Shown here one piece after another: positions 1 through 14,834 of a stretch of DNA of 64,000 nucleotides. The stretch's first letter is position 1; every line of letters starts with the position of its first letter. The notes beneath the pieces were generated by a model. The model saw nothing but the letters and a program-made list of their open reading frames with translations, was not told the origin of the DNA and did no database searches. The DNA comes from the human T2T-CHM13v2.0 reference genome, Homo sapiens: the NCBI RefSeq assembly GCF_009914755.1, contig NC_060935.1. One strand, given 5' to 3'. The position numbers and the translations under genes were made by a program.

Positions 1-107
1 CCCGATGATTCAATTACCTTCCACTGGGTCCCTCCCACAACAAGTGGGGATTATTGGAGCTACAATTCAAGATGAGATTTGGTTGGGGACATGCCAAAAC
101 CATATCA
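1..107 (-). mobile_element. THE1/MST-type MaLR LTR, 5' end (cut by the window edge)
   Basis: ...tacaattcaagatgagatttggttggggacatgccaaaaccatatca is the reverse complement of the THE1 LTR start (TGATATGGTTTGG...). Confidence 0.85.
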
Positions 108-166
108 ACTGATAGGAAAAAACTTGAAATAATTATAGTAGAAACAGAAGATCAAAAACCGTTTTG

Positions 167-330
167 GCTGATGCTGTGGCTTACGCCTATAATTCAACAA
201 CTTTAGGAGGTTAAGTTGGGAGGACTGCTTTGGTCCAGGAGTTCAAGACTGCAGTGAGCTCTGATTGTGCCACTACATCCAGCCTGAGCAACTGAGAGAG
301 ACACTGTCTCTAAAAAATCAAACAAGAGAA
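167..330 (+). mobile_element. Alu monomer (FRAM-like or collapsed AluJ)
   Basis: ~150-nt single arm containing ccaggagttcaagactgcagtgagct, followed by an A-rich tail. Confidence 0.75.
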
Positions 331-464
331 AAAACAACAACAACAAAGTTTGAACATTTATTCCTAAAGGTTTTTGTACACTGACATCTTTGATGATGAG
401 TTATGGGCCTTCTTTCCAGAATAATGAACCTAAACACATAGTACATAAAAATCAAAAAGTGAGG

Positions 465-750
465 GTGTGGGGTGCAGGGGCTCATGCCTGCAATCCAGCA
501 CTTTGGGAAGCTGATACAGGAAGATAGCATGAACCTAGCATTTTGAGATAAGCCTGGTCAACTTAATGAGACCATGTCTCTACAAAAAATTTTTAAAAGG
601 AGCAGAATATGATTGTGCATTCTTGTAGTCCCAGCTACTTGAGAGGCCAAGGCTGGGGGATTGCTTCGGCCCAGGAGTTTGAGGCTGCAGTGAGCTATGA
701 TTGTGTCACTGCACTCCTGGGTGACAGAGCGAGAATTCCATCTCTTAAAC
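465..750 (+). mobile_element. AluJ (diverged)
   Basis: Dimeric Alu with the J-type motif ccaggagtttgaggctgcagtgagctatgat. Confidence 0.85.
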
Positions 751-979
751 AGCATCTGAGGGATTCTTCATGGACCCCTTTAAGTACATTCATGGATCCT
801 AGTTTGAATATTTCTGATGTAGAGAAATGCAGAAATATAACCGAGGAAAAGCTAATATAATTACTGTGATTCAGCATTGAATTCTACCTGAAGCCTACTG
901 ACAAGGAAAAAAAAAAGAAAGAAAGGAAAGACAAATTATATAAAAGAAGGAAAGAAGTCATAGAAAAGTGAAAGTTATC

Positions 980-1160
980 ATGTACTTAGTCTATGCCTCA
1001 CACTATGCTAGGTTTTTAAAATACATAATATCTCAAGGAATTCCCATCTCACTCATTTGAGGGAGCTGTTGTTATCCACAATTTATACACAGGAAACAAA
1101 GAATGGAAATGGAATTTCAATCCAGTACTCTCTAGTTTCAAAAGGCTATAATCTTTTTAA
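980..1160 (-). mobile_element. MIR relic
   Basis: Degenerate reverse-complement MIR core. Confidence 0.5.
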
Positions 1161-1656
1161 CTTTATGATGAAAGTAAGTATACTGTTCATCAATGAGAAA
1201 AGACCCATATTTTTCCCTGATGCTAAACTCTAAGAAAAAGAGACTGAAACTTTCTACAGGCTAGAAAGACAATGGTATTCTATGTTTTCTCCATCCTCCT
1301 TTTACTGAGCAGATTACAGTCATAAAACTTGGGACTGTTATAAATGTTTAAAAATATTTTCATTTGGAAAAACTCTTCTAGGGCTGGGAAGTTTTATCTG
1401 GCAATTAACTTGTGTGTGCTTTGATGATAGATATTGTGTTTTTATTTCTGATACAATTTCTCCATTTCAAACTATCTTGCTTTGTATACAGAGGCCACTC
1501 AGGACATAGCAGTCAACTGATTGACTATATATAGGTCATTTCAGATGGCTCAGATTCCAACCTATTTTAAATAACTTAGAAATCCTAGTTATATTTGGAA
1601 AGGATCTTGAGAAATCCAGATGCTTAGCAATAATCCATTGCAGGCAGCATGCATAT

Positions 1657-1800
1657 TAATAGCTAATATTAATTGAGCACTTACTAAGCTCCAGGCTGTG
1701 TTTTAAGTACTCTTCATTAATTTCTCTTTCAATCTTCTCAACAGCTATTTAAATTAAGAGCCACTATTATCTCCATGAGAAAAATGAGGCACAGAAAGTG
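1657..1800 (-). mobile_element. MIR
   Basis: taatagctaatattaattgagcacttact...gaggcacaga matches the reverse complement of the MIR 3' half. Confidence 0.75.
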
Positions 1801-3184
1801 TTTTCCAAACCGTCTATTAACTTAGCCAAAACACTGGTCAGTCTGTCGAATTTTATTCAAATCAACTCAATCAAAACTATCCAATTAAAATGGAAAATAG
1901 ACAGAATCTTACATCTGTTTTCTAGAGGCCAGAGTAGAATTCTTCCATATAGTGTACTTCTAGCTATTTTGCTAAGACCCCAGTTTCAAATGATTTGGAT
2001 AATATAAAGAATATGTAGAAAAGTCACCCACCTCGCCACACTGCCCTGTCAACATCTTCCTTTGTAGATGTTTTGCATCCTTCTAAGCAGATTGCCAAGG
2101 ATCAATCAAAAGTAGAACAATTGAGGAATGAGGTTCTAAGGGGCATCTGAAATGACAGCCTTCCATAAGCATAACCTGGCAGATGATGAGCATCCTTTGG
2201 AGCATCGGCAACCTTACACAAAAAGGGCAACTGCCCTATTCCATGGCTGATTTCAAAGGATCTTGGCATTTTCTTATCATATTAAGAGTAAATCATTAGT
2301 GAGAGTAACTTTTGGATGTTAACATATCCTACAAAATTAATTAATGCTTAAATTCAGAACTCTACATTGTAAAGACGTTTGTCTTCATTTTTGCTAAAAA
2401 AGAAAAAAAAAAGAGGCAGGGAAAAAGTTCAATTGTAACTGTATTTGGCTTCATGTGAGACACGAGCTCTCACTCTAGAACCACCCACCCATGCTCCGTT
2501 TACATACACAAATAGCAATTTAGGATGTGTGATGTCTTTTCAGTTTTACTGTCTCCTGAGATAATTGTTGGGCAGATTCAGGACAGAAGTTGCATAGTTT
2601 CTTAGTTTTAATAATGTCTCTAATAATTGGGGTTATTTCTGGCTATACCTGATTTACCTAGGAGACCATGCACTTACAGGTCAGCTTTGCCTCAACAGAT
2701 GTGAGTACCAGACCCTCTCCTGCCTCACAATCACAAATGATACTGCACAGGGCACCCTGGGGCTGCATTAAGGGCAGGCAGGGGTGGGAGTAGGAAAGAA
2801 GTGTGGGGGCAGTGAGATGGAGGAGTGGAGCTAAATAGAGATGGATCTGCTAGTGACAGAAAGAGTAAGGATTAAGTGAAGAAGAGGTGACAGAGAAGTC
2901 ACTGGGTAGAGCAATGCTGGCGCAACTGCTAAGCAGGTTCATGGATAAAGCAGTCTAGCTTTTGTGTGAGGCAAGTTCAAAGGGGCACTGTCAGGCTTTG
3001 AAATTGTGTCAGCTTGAAGCATTGCTGGGATGAGTTTTATAAGAATTTGTGATCATTTCTATACAGCCAACCCAATATCAGGAGGAAAGGATGTCACTTT
3101 GTTTTAGGACACTTGCATTGACGTACAATTGCAAAATGTCTGAGTGGATAGTTTAGTTTTTAAGCATAGGAAAGGTAAATGATT

Positions 3185-4306
3185 GTTTAAAAATGTACCC
3201 AGGATTTCGTTTGTATTCAGGAATAATGAAGCCAGAAGGTGAGAACACAATTGTCATTGAAAAGATAGTTTAGTACTCACAGTTTCCAAAAGGAGGGAAT
3301 CTTGCCCTGTAGGGCCACAAGAGAGAACACTGAGGTTGGTCACAGGCAGAGAGAGGGGAGGACACTTCAGAAAAGGCATTATTGTGGTTTTCAGGGGAAG
3401 GAATTGGTGGCGCAAGGTAAGCAGGCTAAGCAGGTTCAGGGTTGGCTAGTTTGAATGATTTCAGTCAGCTGGAGTGTAGGCCCTTACCCTGTCTCCAGTA
3501 GCCCTGGGTTGACTAATGAAGGGGAATAGTATCCATGGTGCAGGAAGAGGCAGATGAGGGGTGTGGGCTTTTAACTGGTTAGTTTGCATATGAAGGCACA
3601 CTTGATGAGAAACCCCTTTGCTCTCTCTAGGGGTCCGCTAACCACTGGAGGGGCAGTCTCTCCCTAATCAGCAAAACCTCAGACATCAAAATGTTACTGA
3701 TAAGGCCGGTCCCCCAAAGACAGGGTCTTTCTCTGTTTGGTATCAAGAAGCCAATACATGCAACCAAAAGTGTGCATCAAGCAGAGCAAGATTTATTCAA
3801 TGGCCATGGGATTGAGAATTGAGAGTATAGCTCAGAAATCAACTTCTTGACTAGTGAGGGGCAAGGGGGTTAAATATAGGGTATCTCTAATGAAGGAGTT
3901 GGACATTAATAGCAAGGGGAGGAATATTCATATCTTTTCTGGAAATGGGCAGTGAACTTCTCAGAGCTAGAGTGCTGCCTTCCTTTTAATCTTTTTATGG
4001 CTTCTTCTGTTTGTTGTCATGGCAATTGTCAACTGTCATGGCACTGGTGGGAATGTCACTTAGCATGGAAATGAAATTATAATGAAGTCTGAGATCTTTT
4101 TGGAGTCATTTGGAGGGCTATTTTGGTTCTAGCCAGTCTCAGCTGGTCTAGTTACACAAGGAAGTTTTTTTTTTTTTTTTATAATAGATATCTTGTTTCT
4201 TAAGATTAAGCAGAGTTAAGGCAGGGTAGAAATTCAGCCATGTCACATAGACATTACATCAAGCAACAAATCATCAGATAGAAAAACTACAAAATGTGGT
4301 TAATCC
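3185..4306 (-). mobile_element. LTR47-like solo LTR, split by a nested LTR
   Basis: Motifs ggttggctagtttgaat, tttgcatatgaa and ggaggggcagtctctcc. The element resumes at ~4269 (...aaaatgtggttaatcca). Confidence 0.6.
3692..4268 (-). mobile_element. ERV1 (MER4-group) solo LTR nested in the LTR47-like element
   Basis: TG...CA ends, tttatt polyA signal on the minus strand, gtcatggcactggtggga motif. Confidence 0.6.
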
Positions 4307-4954
4307 AATTATGTACACGGATGCCCCCATTCTCTCTCTCTACACGTGGAAAATAAGTGTGCACTAGCAAAACACATCTCCCTGTCTCAACTTCCAAGAT
4401 TGTCTTTGGGTGGCTCTGGGAGGAGAAAGCCAATGTTGCATGGTTGCATGGAGAAAGAGCAATGGATATTCACTTTGCCTTACCCAAAGTTTGGACAGCC
4501 TTGATCTGAAGAGACTGTTAAGTCTTTTTCTGGTTGGGTTCTACTGGGTGATTCTCAGAGGAGAGGCCATTCCTAATGGTTGGACTCTTATGTGCTCCAG
4601 GAACTGTATGCTGTCATAGATGTGGCTTCAGCAGTAATGCTGCCACTTTGGTCTGAGAAAATTTTTATGAGACATACAAATCAAACCCTTGTATTTTCAT
4701 TATAAAAATTATTAAGAAGTGTTTGAAAGATATTCTTTAGCAAAGGCCTGTATTTTCCTTTGGCTAATCACCTCCCTTGAGGCTCACTCCTCCGCTCTGC
4801 TATCCCATCTTTAAATCATTAGTATAGTGTTTATATTTTTCAAATGGCACTTATGTATACTTACGTGGAAGGCTAATACATTCCATTACTATCTAAATTA
4901 TATTCATCTTCCCAGATAGAGCTGGAAGTTTCACTTGTCTCAAGTTGTTCTTTC

Positions 4955-6480
4955 ATGTACTTAATGTTAATTAAGCATCTAGTCTGTGCCAGCGTTGCTT
5001 TAGGATAAAACCAAGCACAATGCAGACAACATACCTTCATACCTGGTGCTGACACTCCAAGGAGGAAGTCAGGCAATTAAAAAAAAATAAAAATAGAATG
5101 TGTCAGATGGTTAGTGTCATAGAGTAAAATAAAATAAGGTGGGAGAATAGAGTGTGAAGTAGATGGGAAATATTGCTACTTTATATATGGTTGCAAGGGC
5201 AGGCTTTGCTCATAAGGTGAACATGCTTGTGTTTTAGTAAGTTTCCCATTGAGAAGGAACAGCATATGTGAATGCCCTGAGATGGGAATGCATTTGGAAT
5301 GTCCCAGGAAATGTAAGGAGACCAGTGTGACTGAAAAGAGTGACAGAGGGAGAAGCAAGAGATAAAACTAGATAGTAATGGGTGAGGAATTACGAAAAGA
5401 CACCGTTGGGCCTTGCAAACCAATCTAAGGACTTGAGTGAAAAGGGAAGCTGCAGGCAGGTTTAGAGCAGCAGAGCAGAAAAAAGAAATTCACATTTTCA
5501 CAGGATCCTGCTGGCTTCAGAGAAGAGTTTGCACAGGTTAAGAGCATAAGAAAGGAGGCCTTTACAATATTCCAGGTGAAGATGATGAAGGCTTGGACCA
5601 GTGATGGAAGCAGAAGTGAGGAGAAGAGTCAGGTTGTGGATATATTTTTGAAGGTAGAGCCAGCAGGGTCTGCTGTTGGATCAGATGTGAAATGTAGGAA
5701 GACTGAGAAGTCTAAAATAAGTCCAAGGTTATTGACTTAGAAAATGTTAAGAGTGAAATTTTCACTAATTGAGCTGGGGAATCCTGCAGGAGAAGCTAGT
5801 TTTGGTGGAACAGGTGCAGAGGGGGTGAAGGTGAGAAGACGGAGGAGCTCAATTTTGGAGACATTAAGTTTGACATAGTGGTTAGACATGCAAATAGAAA
5901 TGTTGAGTAGGCAGTTAGATACACAAATCTGGAATTCAGGTGAAATATAAAATTGGAAACAATATAGGTACTATTTATAGGCATGTGACTGAAGATCACA
6001 TAGGCAGTGAGCAATAGTACCAGTAGCCAAAAGGTAGAAATGACTCAAATGCCTATCAACACAGAGGAGGGCCAAGGACCATGCCCTGGGATCAGCAGCA
6101 CTTAGAGGTAGAGCAGATGAGAAAAAAAAAAAAAAAAAAAAAGGAAAAGAGATTGTAAAGGAATAGCCAGCAACTTGGCTTAAGCCAAGTTAAGAAAGTG
6201 TTTCCAGAAGAAAAGAAAAATGTGCATTACGCATTTAAGACAAGTTAGGTGAGGAAACAAATCGACCACAGGATTTAGCAACATAGAGATTATTGGGAAC
6301 CTTGACAATAGCTGTGTCCAGGGGGTTGCAGAGTTAAAGTCTGTTTGGAGAGAGTTCGAGAGAGAATTGGAGAAGAAAAGTAGAGTGCACGCATAGATAT
6401 GTAGTTTGAGGAATTTTGCTACAAAAGGGAGCAGAGATACAGGATAGTAGTTGGACTAGAATGTGGATTAAAAAGAGGAA
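4955..6480 (-). mobile_element. L2a LINE 3' region
   Basis: Purine-rich reverse-complement L2 motifs such as gaaggtagagccagcagg and agtttgacatagtggttagacatgcaaatagaaatg. Confidence 0.8.
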
Positions 6481-7172
6481 AGTTATTCAAAATCTTTCTT
6501 GAATATTCTGAATCATGTCTCTCTATCCATATAACTGGCCCAGCATAGATGCTTAGTCAGTGTCTATGATTAGGATAAGTGCATACATGGTGATATATAG
6601 ACCTGTGGGTATGCTACATCATACTGCTTTGGCATGATTTCATGAATATCTGTCCTGTTTAATCAATGCTGGGTTGAAAGCCACTACTCTGACACCTGAC
6701 ATGAGAAGCAGGAATAAAGTGGGTACTGAAACTGTACATCATGTGCATATTTTGCACATAATCCTCTTAGCCAGTCTTGAAAACAAAATGAAGATGGATT
6801 TGTTTACCTGCCTATTTTCTTTCTTAGTCTATGATTCCACCTTGCCAAGGGTGATGTCTTTTGGTCTCTGTATCCACAATAACATGTAGTACCTGGGGAT
6901 CAGAGGCATTTTTAAAAAGTTGATTGGAAAACATGAATTAAATGAATGAATAGAAAGTAGTACAGAGGTCTGGCGCTGAACGTTATTACCACCTGAAAGC
7001 ACACAGACTACACAAGGAACAGTTCCTTGAACTATCAGGAACTTATTGCTAATGGTAATACAAATGGGGCAAAATCTTTGAAGAAAAGCCATGCATGAAA
7101 CTCGAGTAAGTCTTCTTGACTTGAACTGCTTGTGGACATCAAAAATTAAGAAGAAGTGATATTTAAGTTTTT

Positions 7173-7212
7173 AGACGAGATTGGGCATGTTCCGGGTGGT
7201 ATGGCCAGAGAC
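7173..7212 (-). pseudogene. 5S rRNA 3'-truncated (tailless) retropseudogene, nt 1-40
   Basis: Reverse complement GTCTCTGGCCATACCACCCGGAACATGCCCAATCTCGTCT versus 5S GTCTACGGCCATACCACCCTGAACGCGCCCGATCTCGTCT, flanked by ~19-nt direct repeats. Confidence 0.9.
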
Positions 7213-7898
7213 GATTTTTAACTTTTCAGACATAAGAGAGTGTTTTCTTAAATTTGTCAGACTTTGAAAATTCTGCTTATCTATTAAAGACTTTACTATT
7301 ATAATTAGCTTGTTCCTTACAATTCACTGATCATAATAATTTATTATTAACAAGAACATTGCTCACCATGGTTAGAATTCCATTAGGGTTCAACACTAAT
7401 AAATCATATGCCACTAGAATTAAGTATCCCCAAAACTTTTAATTAAACAAAACCATCACTTGTAACCAATCTTGGCCCTATGTTGCAAGAATCCTGCTAT
7501 GCAAGTCTGATTTTATGACTTTGTGGTCAGCTGACAATAACTTCAAGAGGCGGCACTCAGGTTGTGTATTCACTCTAGAGCCTGTGGTTATCTACTCTGA
7601 CTCTACCAAAACCTAATACTGAGTCAGGAGCTGTTAATCAAAAGAAGAGTAATTTGTCAGTGATGGCATAGCTTTGCTACAAAATCTTAGCGGATTGCAC
7701 TGAAATTCTTCTAATAATACTTTCTCCCTATAACATCCTGTTTGCTCCATATACTTCAAGCTCTATCGGGCCTATGGGCTCCTAAGCTCCCAGTGATGGA
7801 GTTGATTACTTACAGCCTGAAATAGCAAGAGAGATCCTCTTGCTCAGGACCCATTGACCAAGATGTTCACCTCAGTTTGACTAAACTTTAGATAAGTT

Positions 7899-8076
7899 TC
7901 TTCCTTCTTTCTTTCCTTTCCTTTCCTTTCCTTTCCTTTCCTTTCCTTTCCTTTCCTTTCCTTTCCTTTCCTTTCCTTTCCTTTCCTTTCTCTCTCTTTC
8001 TTTCTTCCTCCTCCTCCTCCTTCTCCTCCTCCTCCTCCTTCTTTCTTCTTTCTTCTTCTTCTTCTTCTTCTTCTTC
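7899..8076. repeat. Compound polypyrimidine repeat: (CTTTC)16 + (CCT)n + (CTT)8, derived from an Alu tail
   Basis: Perfect CTTTC array at 7911-7990, adjacent to the AluJ 3' end. Confidence 0.95.
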
Positions 8077-8367
8077 AGATAGGGTCTCATCCTATCACCC
8101 AAGCTGGAGGGCAGTGGAACAATTTCAGCTCACTGCAGCCTCCACCTTCTAGACTTAAGCAACCCTCCCACCTCAGTCTTCTGAGTAAGCTGGAATCACA
8201 GGAATGTACCACTATACCCAGCTTATTTTTTATTCTTTAATTTTTTTGTAGAGATGGGGGTCTCTTTATGTTGCGCGGGCTGGTCTCGGACTCCTAGGCT
8301 CAGGTGATCCTCCTGCCTCAGCCTCTCAAAGTGTTGAGATTACAGGCATGAGCCACTGTGGCTGGCT
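8077..8367 (-). mobile_element. AluJ
   Basis: Full dimer with TSD agataagtttct (7890) / agatacatttct (8368). Confidence 0.9.
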
Positions 8368-8407
8368 AGATACATTTCTGCTTCACTAGTGGACCCTAAT
8401 TTACTTA

Positions 8408-8436
8408 TTTTCTTTCTTTCTTTCTTTCTTTCTTTT

Positions 8437-8472
<36 letters not shown>

Positions 8473-8508
8473 TCCTTCTTTCTTTCTTTCTTTCTTTCTT
8501 TTCTTTCA
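8408..8508. repeat. (TTTC)n tetranucleotide microsatellite
   Basis: ~100-nt interrupted TTTC array. Confidence 0.95.
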
Positions 8509-8834
8509 GCACATTTACTTTCAAAAACTTGCAATTGTTAATTCTTTTTCTGGTACTTTGAGATATAAATCTTCTCTTAACCTCTTGCCAGCTTTACAGC
8601 TTTACAGTAAGACTTTACAGGAAAGTCTTACTCAAGTACTTGGGAGGCATCCCCTTGAAAGGTAATTATTAAAAGACATACCACCACTATCTTTGGGAGG
8701 GTAGGAGCTTAGCGGTGATGCTCCTACAGTCAGCAAACACAGACGGCCCAATCCCATTCACCAATTCCCCCCAACATCCTTCGGTCGTCAGTACTTCCAC
8801 TAGCTTACCTAACTTCTTAAAAATCCTTTTGCCT

Positions 8835-9130
8835 ACCGGACATGGTGGCTCACGCCTGTAATCCCAGCACTTTGGGAGGCCGAGGCGGGCGGATCACGAG
8901 GTCAGGAGATCAAGACCATCCTAGCTAACACGGTGAAACCCCGTCTCTACTAAAGATACAAACAATTAGCCAGGTGAGGTGGCGGGTGCCTGTAGTCTCA
9001 GCTACTCCGGAGGCTGAGGCAGCAGAATGGCGTGAACCCGGGGGGCGCAGCTTGCAGTGAGCCGAGATCGGACCACTGCACTCCAGCCTGGGCAACAGAG
9101 CGAGACTCCGTCTCAAAAAAAAAAAAAAAA
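8835..9130 (+). mobile_element. AluY
   Basis: Diagnostics gaccatcctagctaacacgg, agaatggcgtgaaccc and gcttgcagtgagccgagatc, with TSD aaaatccttttgcct. Confidence 0.95.
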
Positions 9131-9546
9131 TCCTTTTGCCTTGTGTTTTAGTGTAGGTGAGTTCAATCTTTGTCTCCTATTGAAATAATCTGGAATAAAG
9201 TTATGCTTGCCTATTTAATTCTATCCTGTGCGTTTTCTCTTTGAGACCACTGAGAGCTTATGAATTACTTGGCACATGGGTCAAAGTAGCACCACCAAAT
9301 GCTGTAAATATTGCTTAAAAATAAAAAAAATGCTGTCAAGTATTGTAAAATAATTCCCAGCTGTTTGAGCAGGCATAATGAACATAGAATTTGTGCTAAG
9401 TACATCCATACAGATAAACTGCCCAATATAAAATTATGCTTCTTCTTCCTTTGCCTGACATTCTTAGGATCTATTCCCACACATTCCCTAAGTTTTTGTT
9501 GATATGTATTAGAAAAATTTTACTATATTTTTGTACAAATCTTGTC

Positions 9547-9929
9547 TGTAATAATGTGTTCTCACATGGTTACAAAGAGCTACACGAGACTGGGTGGTTT
9601 ATAAAGAAAAGAAGTTTAATTGACCCACAGTTCCACAGGCTGGACAGGAGGTATGGCTGGGGAGGCCTCAGGAAACTTACAATCATGGTGGAAGCTGAAA
9701 GAGAAGCAAAGACATCTTCACATGGCAACAGGAGAGAAAGTGAGCAAAGGGGAATGGACTACACACTTTCAACCAACCATATCTGGAGAGAACTCACTCA
9801 CTATCGCAAGAACAGCAAGGGGAAATCCACGCTCATGATCGAATCACTTCCCACCAGGTCCCTCCCCTGACATTGGGGATCACAATTCAACATGAGATTT
9901 GGGTGTGGCCACAGAGCCAAACCGTATCA
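9547..9929 (-). mobile_element. MSTA-type MaLR solo LTR
   Basis: Complete LTR with a perfect 5-bp TSD ttgtc (9542-9546 and 9930-9934). Confidence 0.85.
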
Positions 9930-10941
9930 TTGTCCTTACAGAATGAACTCTGCATTTGCTCTTCTGAGGTACGTTTTCATCTCACTCTGGATATACAACT
10001 GGAGACAATAAAGGGTAGTAATTTTTAGGCATAAGGACAATTGACATCCTAAGGCAAGATAATGATCATAGGTGAGGTCCTTACAGAGTTTTCAAGCAGG
10101 ATAAGACCATGCTATTCACATAGGGGACAAGGAGTTGTTTCTGCTGACAAGGGGGAATTCTTTGGCTTTTGAAAGTTTGGGATATTCAGATTCATCTAGA
10201 TTTACCTTAATCACAGATTTCCATTCTTTTACAATAATTGTCTCACTTTTCACATACGAGACTTGGCAAGGCTGTAAATTCCACTTACATTGTAGCTTAG
10301 CAATTCCAGATACAACTCTTCATGTAATTTTAAAATTATACCAGCCCTATAGCTGCAAGAAATAAGAAGTTTTTTTGGGTAGTCATAAAACTTCCCTGTA
10401 CTTCTGACTATGCCTTGAAGCAAGAATACTAAACACCTTACATTTTTTTAGTTATCAGGGCAGTTGTGAAGCAGCTACCCCACTCCACAGCATTTGCATT
10501 TCTCCTTTACATAATAATTGTCCAGCCAATGTCTTATTTAAAGCACACATTTAATTAATGTAAAATACAGGTCATAATATAAAACATTGTTTTGCCACTT
10601 TATGGCTTAGACTGCTAGTGTCTTCCTATTCATCAATAACTGGACTATCACTGCCTTTAAATCCAACCAAGTAAAATAACTGAACCATAAAAGAGCATTT
10701 ATTTTTTATTTTTATTTATTTATTTATTTATTATTATTATACGTCAAGTTTTAGGGGACATGTGCACAATGTGCAGGTTAGTTACATATGTATACATGTG
10801 CCATGCTGGTGCACTGCACCCACTAACTCGTCATCTAGCATTAGGTATATCTCCCCAGTGCTATCCCTCCCCCCTCCCCCCACCCCATAACAGTCCCCAG
10901 AGTGTGATGTTCCCCTTCCTGTGTCCATGTGTTCTCATTGT

Positions 10942-14771
<3,830 letters not shown>

Positions 14772-14834
14772 TATGATGTTAGCTGGTTATTTTGCTCGTT
14801 AGTTGATGCAGTTTCTTCCTAGTCTCGATGGTCT

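Larger units (their letters stand above)
7818..9246 (+). mobile_element. MER67-like ERV1 solo LTR, interrupted by two Alus and microsatellites
   Basis: Motifs aaactttaga, aaaacttgcaattg, gggagggtaggagc and gagttcaatct...aataaagt. Confidence 0.7.

Noticed and set aside
7039-7105. Exon-like segment ending GA|gtaagt
   Set aside because: Weak acceptor and stops in all frames
7881-8534. Lys/Arg/Glu-rich ORFs (7881-8102 and 8340-8534)
   Set aside because: They are translations of microsatellites
9436-9870. 144-aa ORF
   Set aside because: Runs antisense through the MSTA LTR and has no protein-like features
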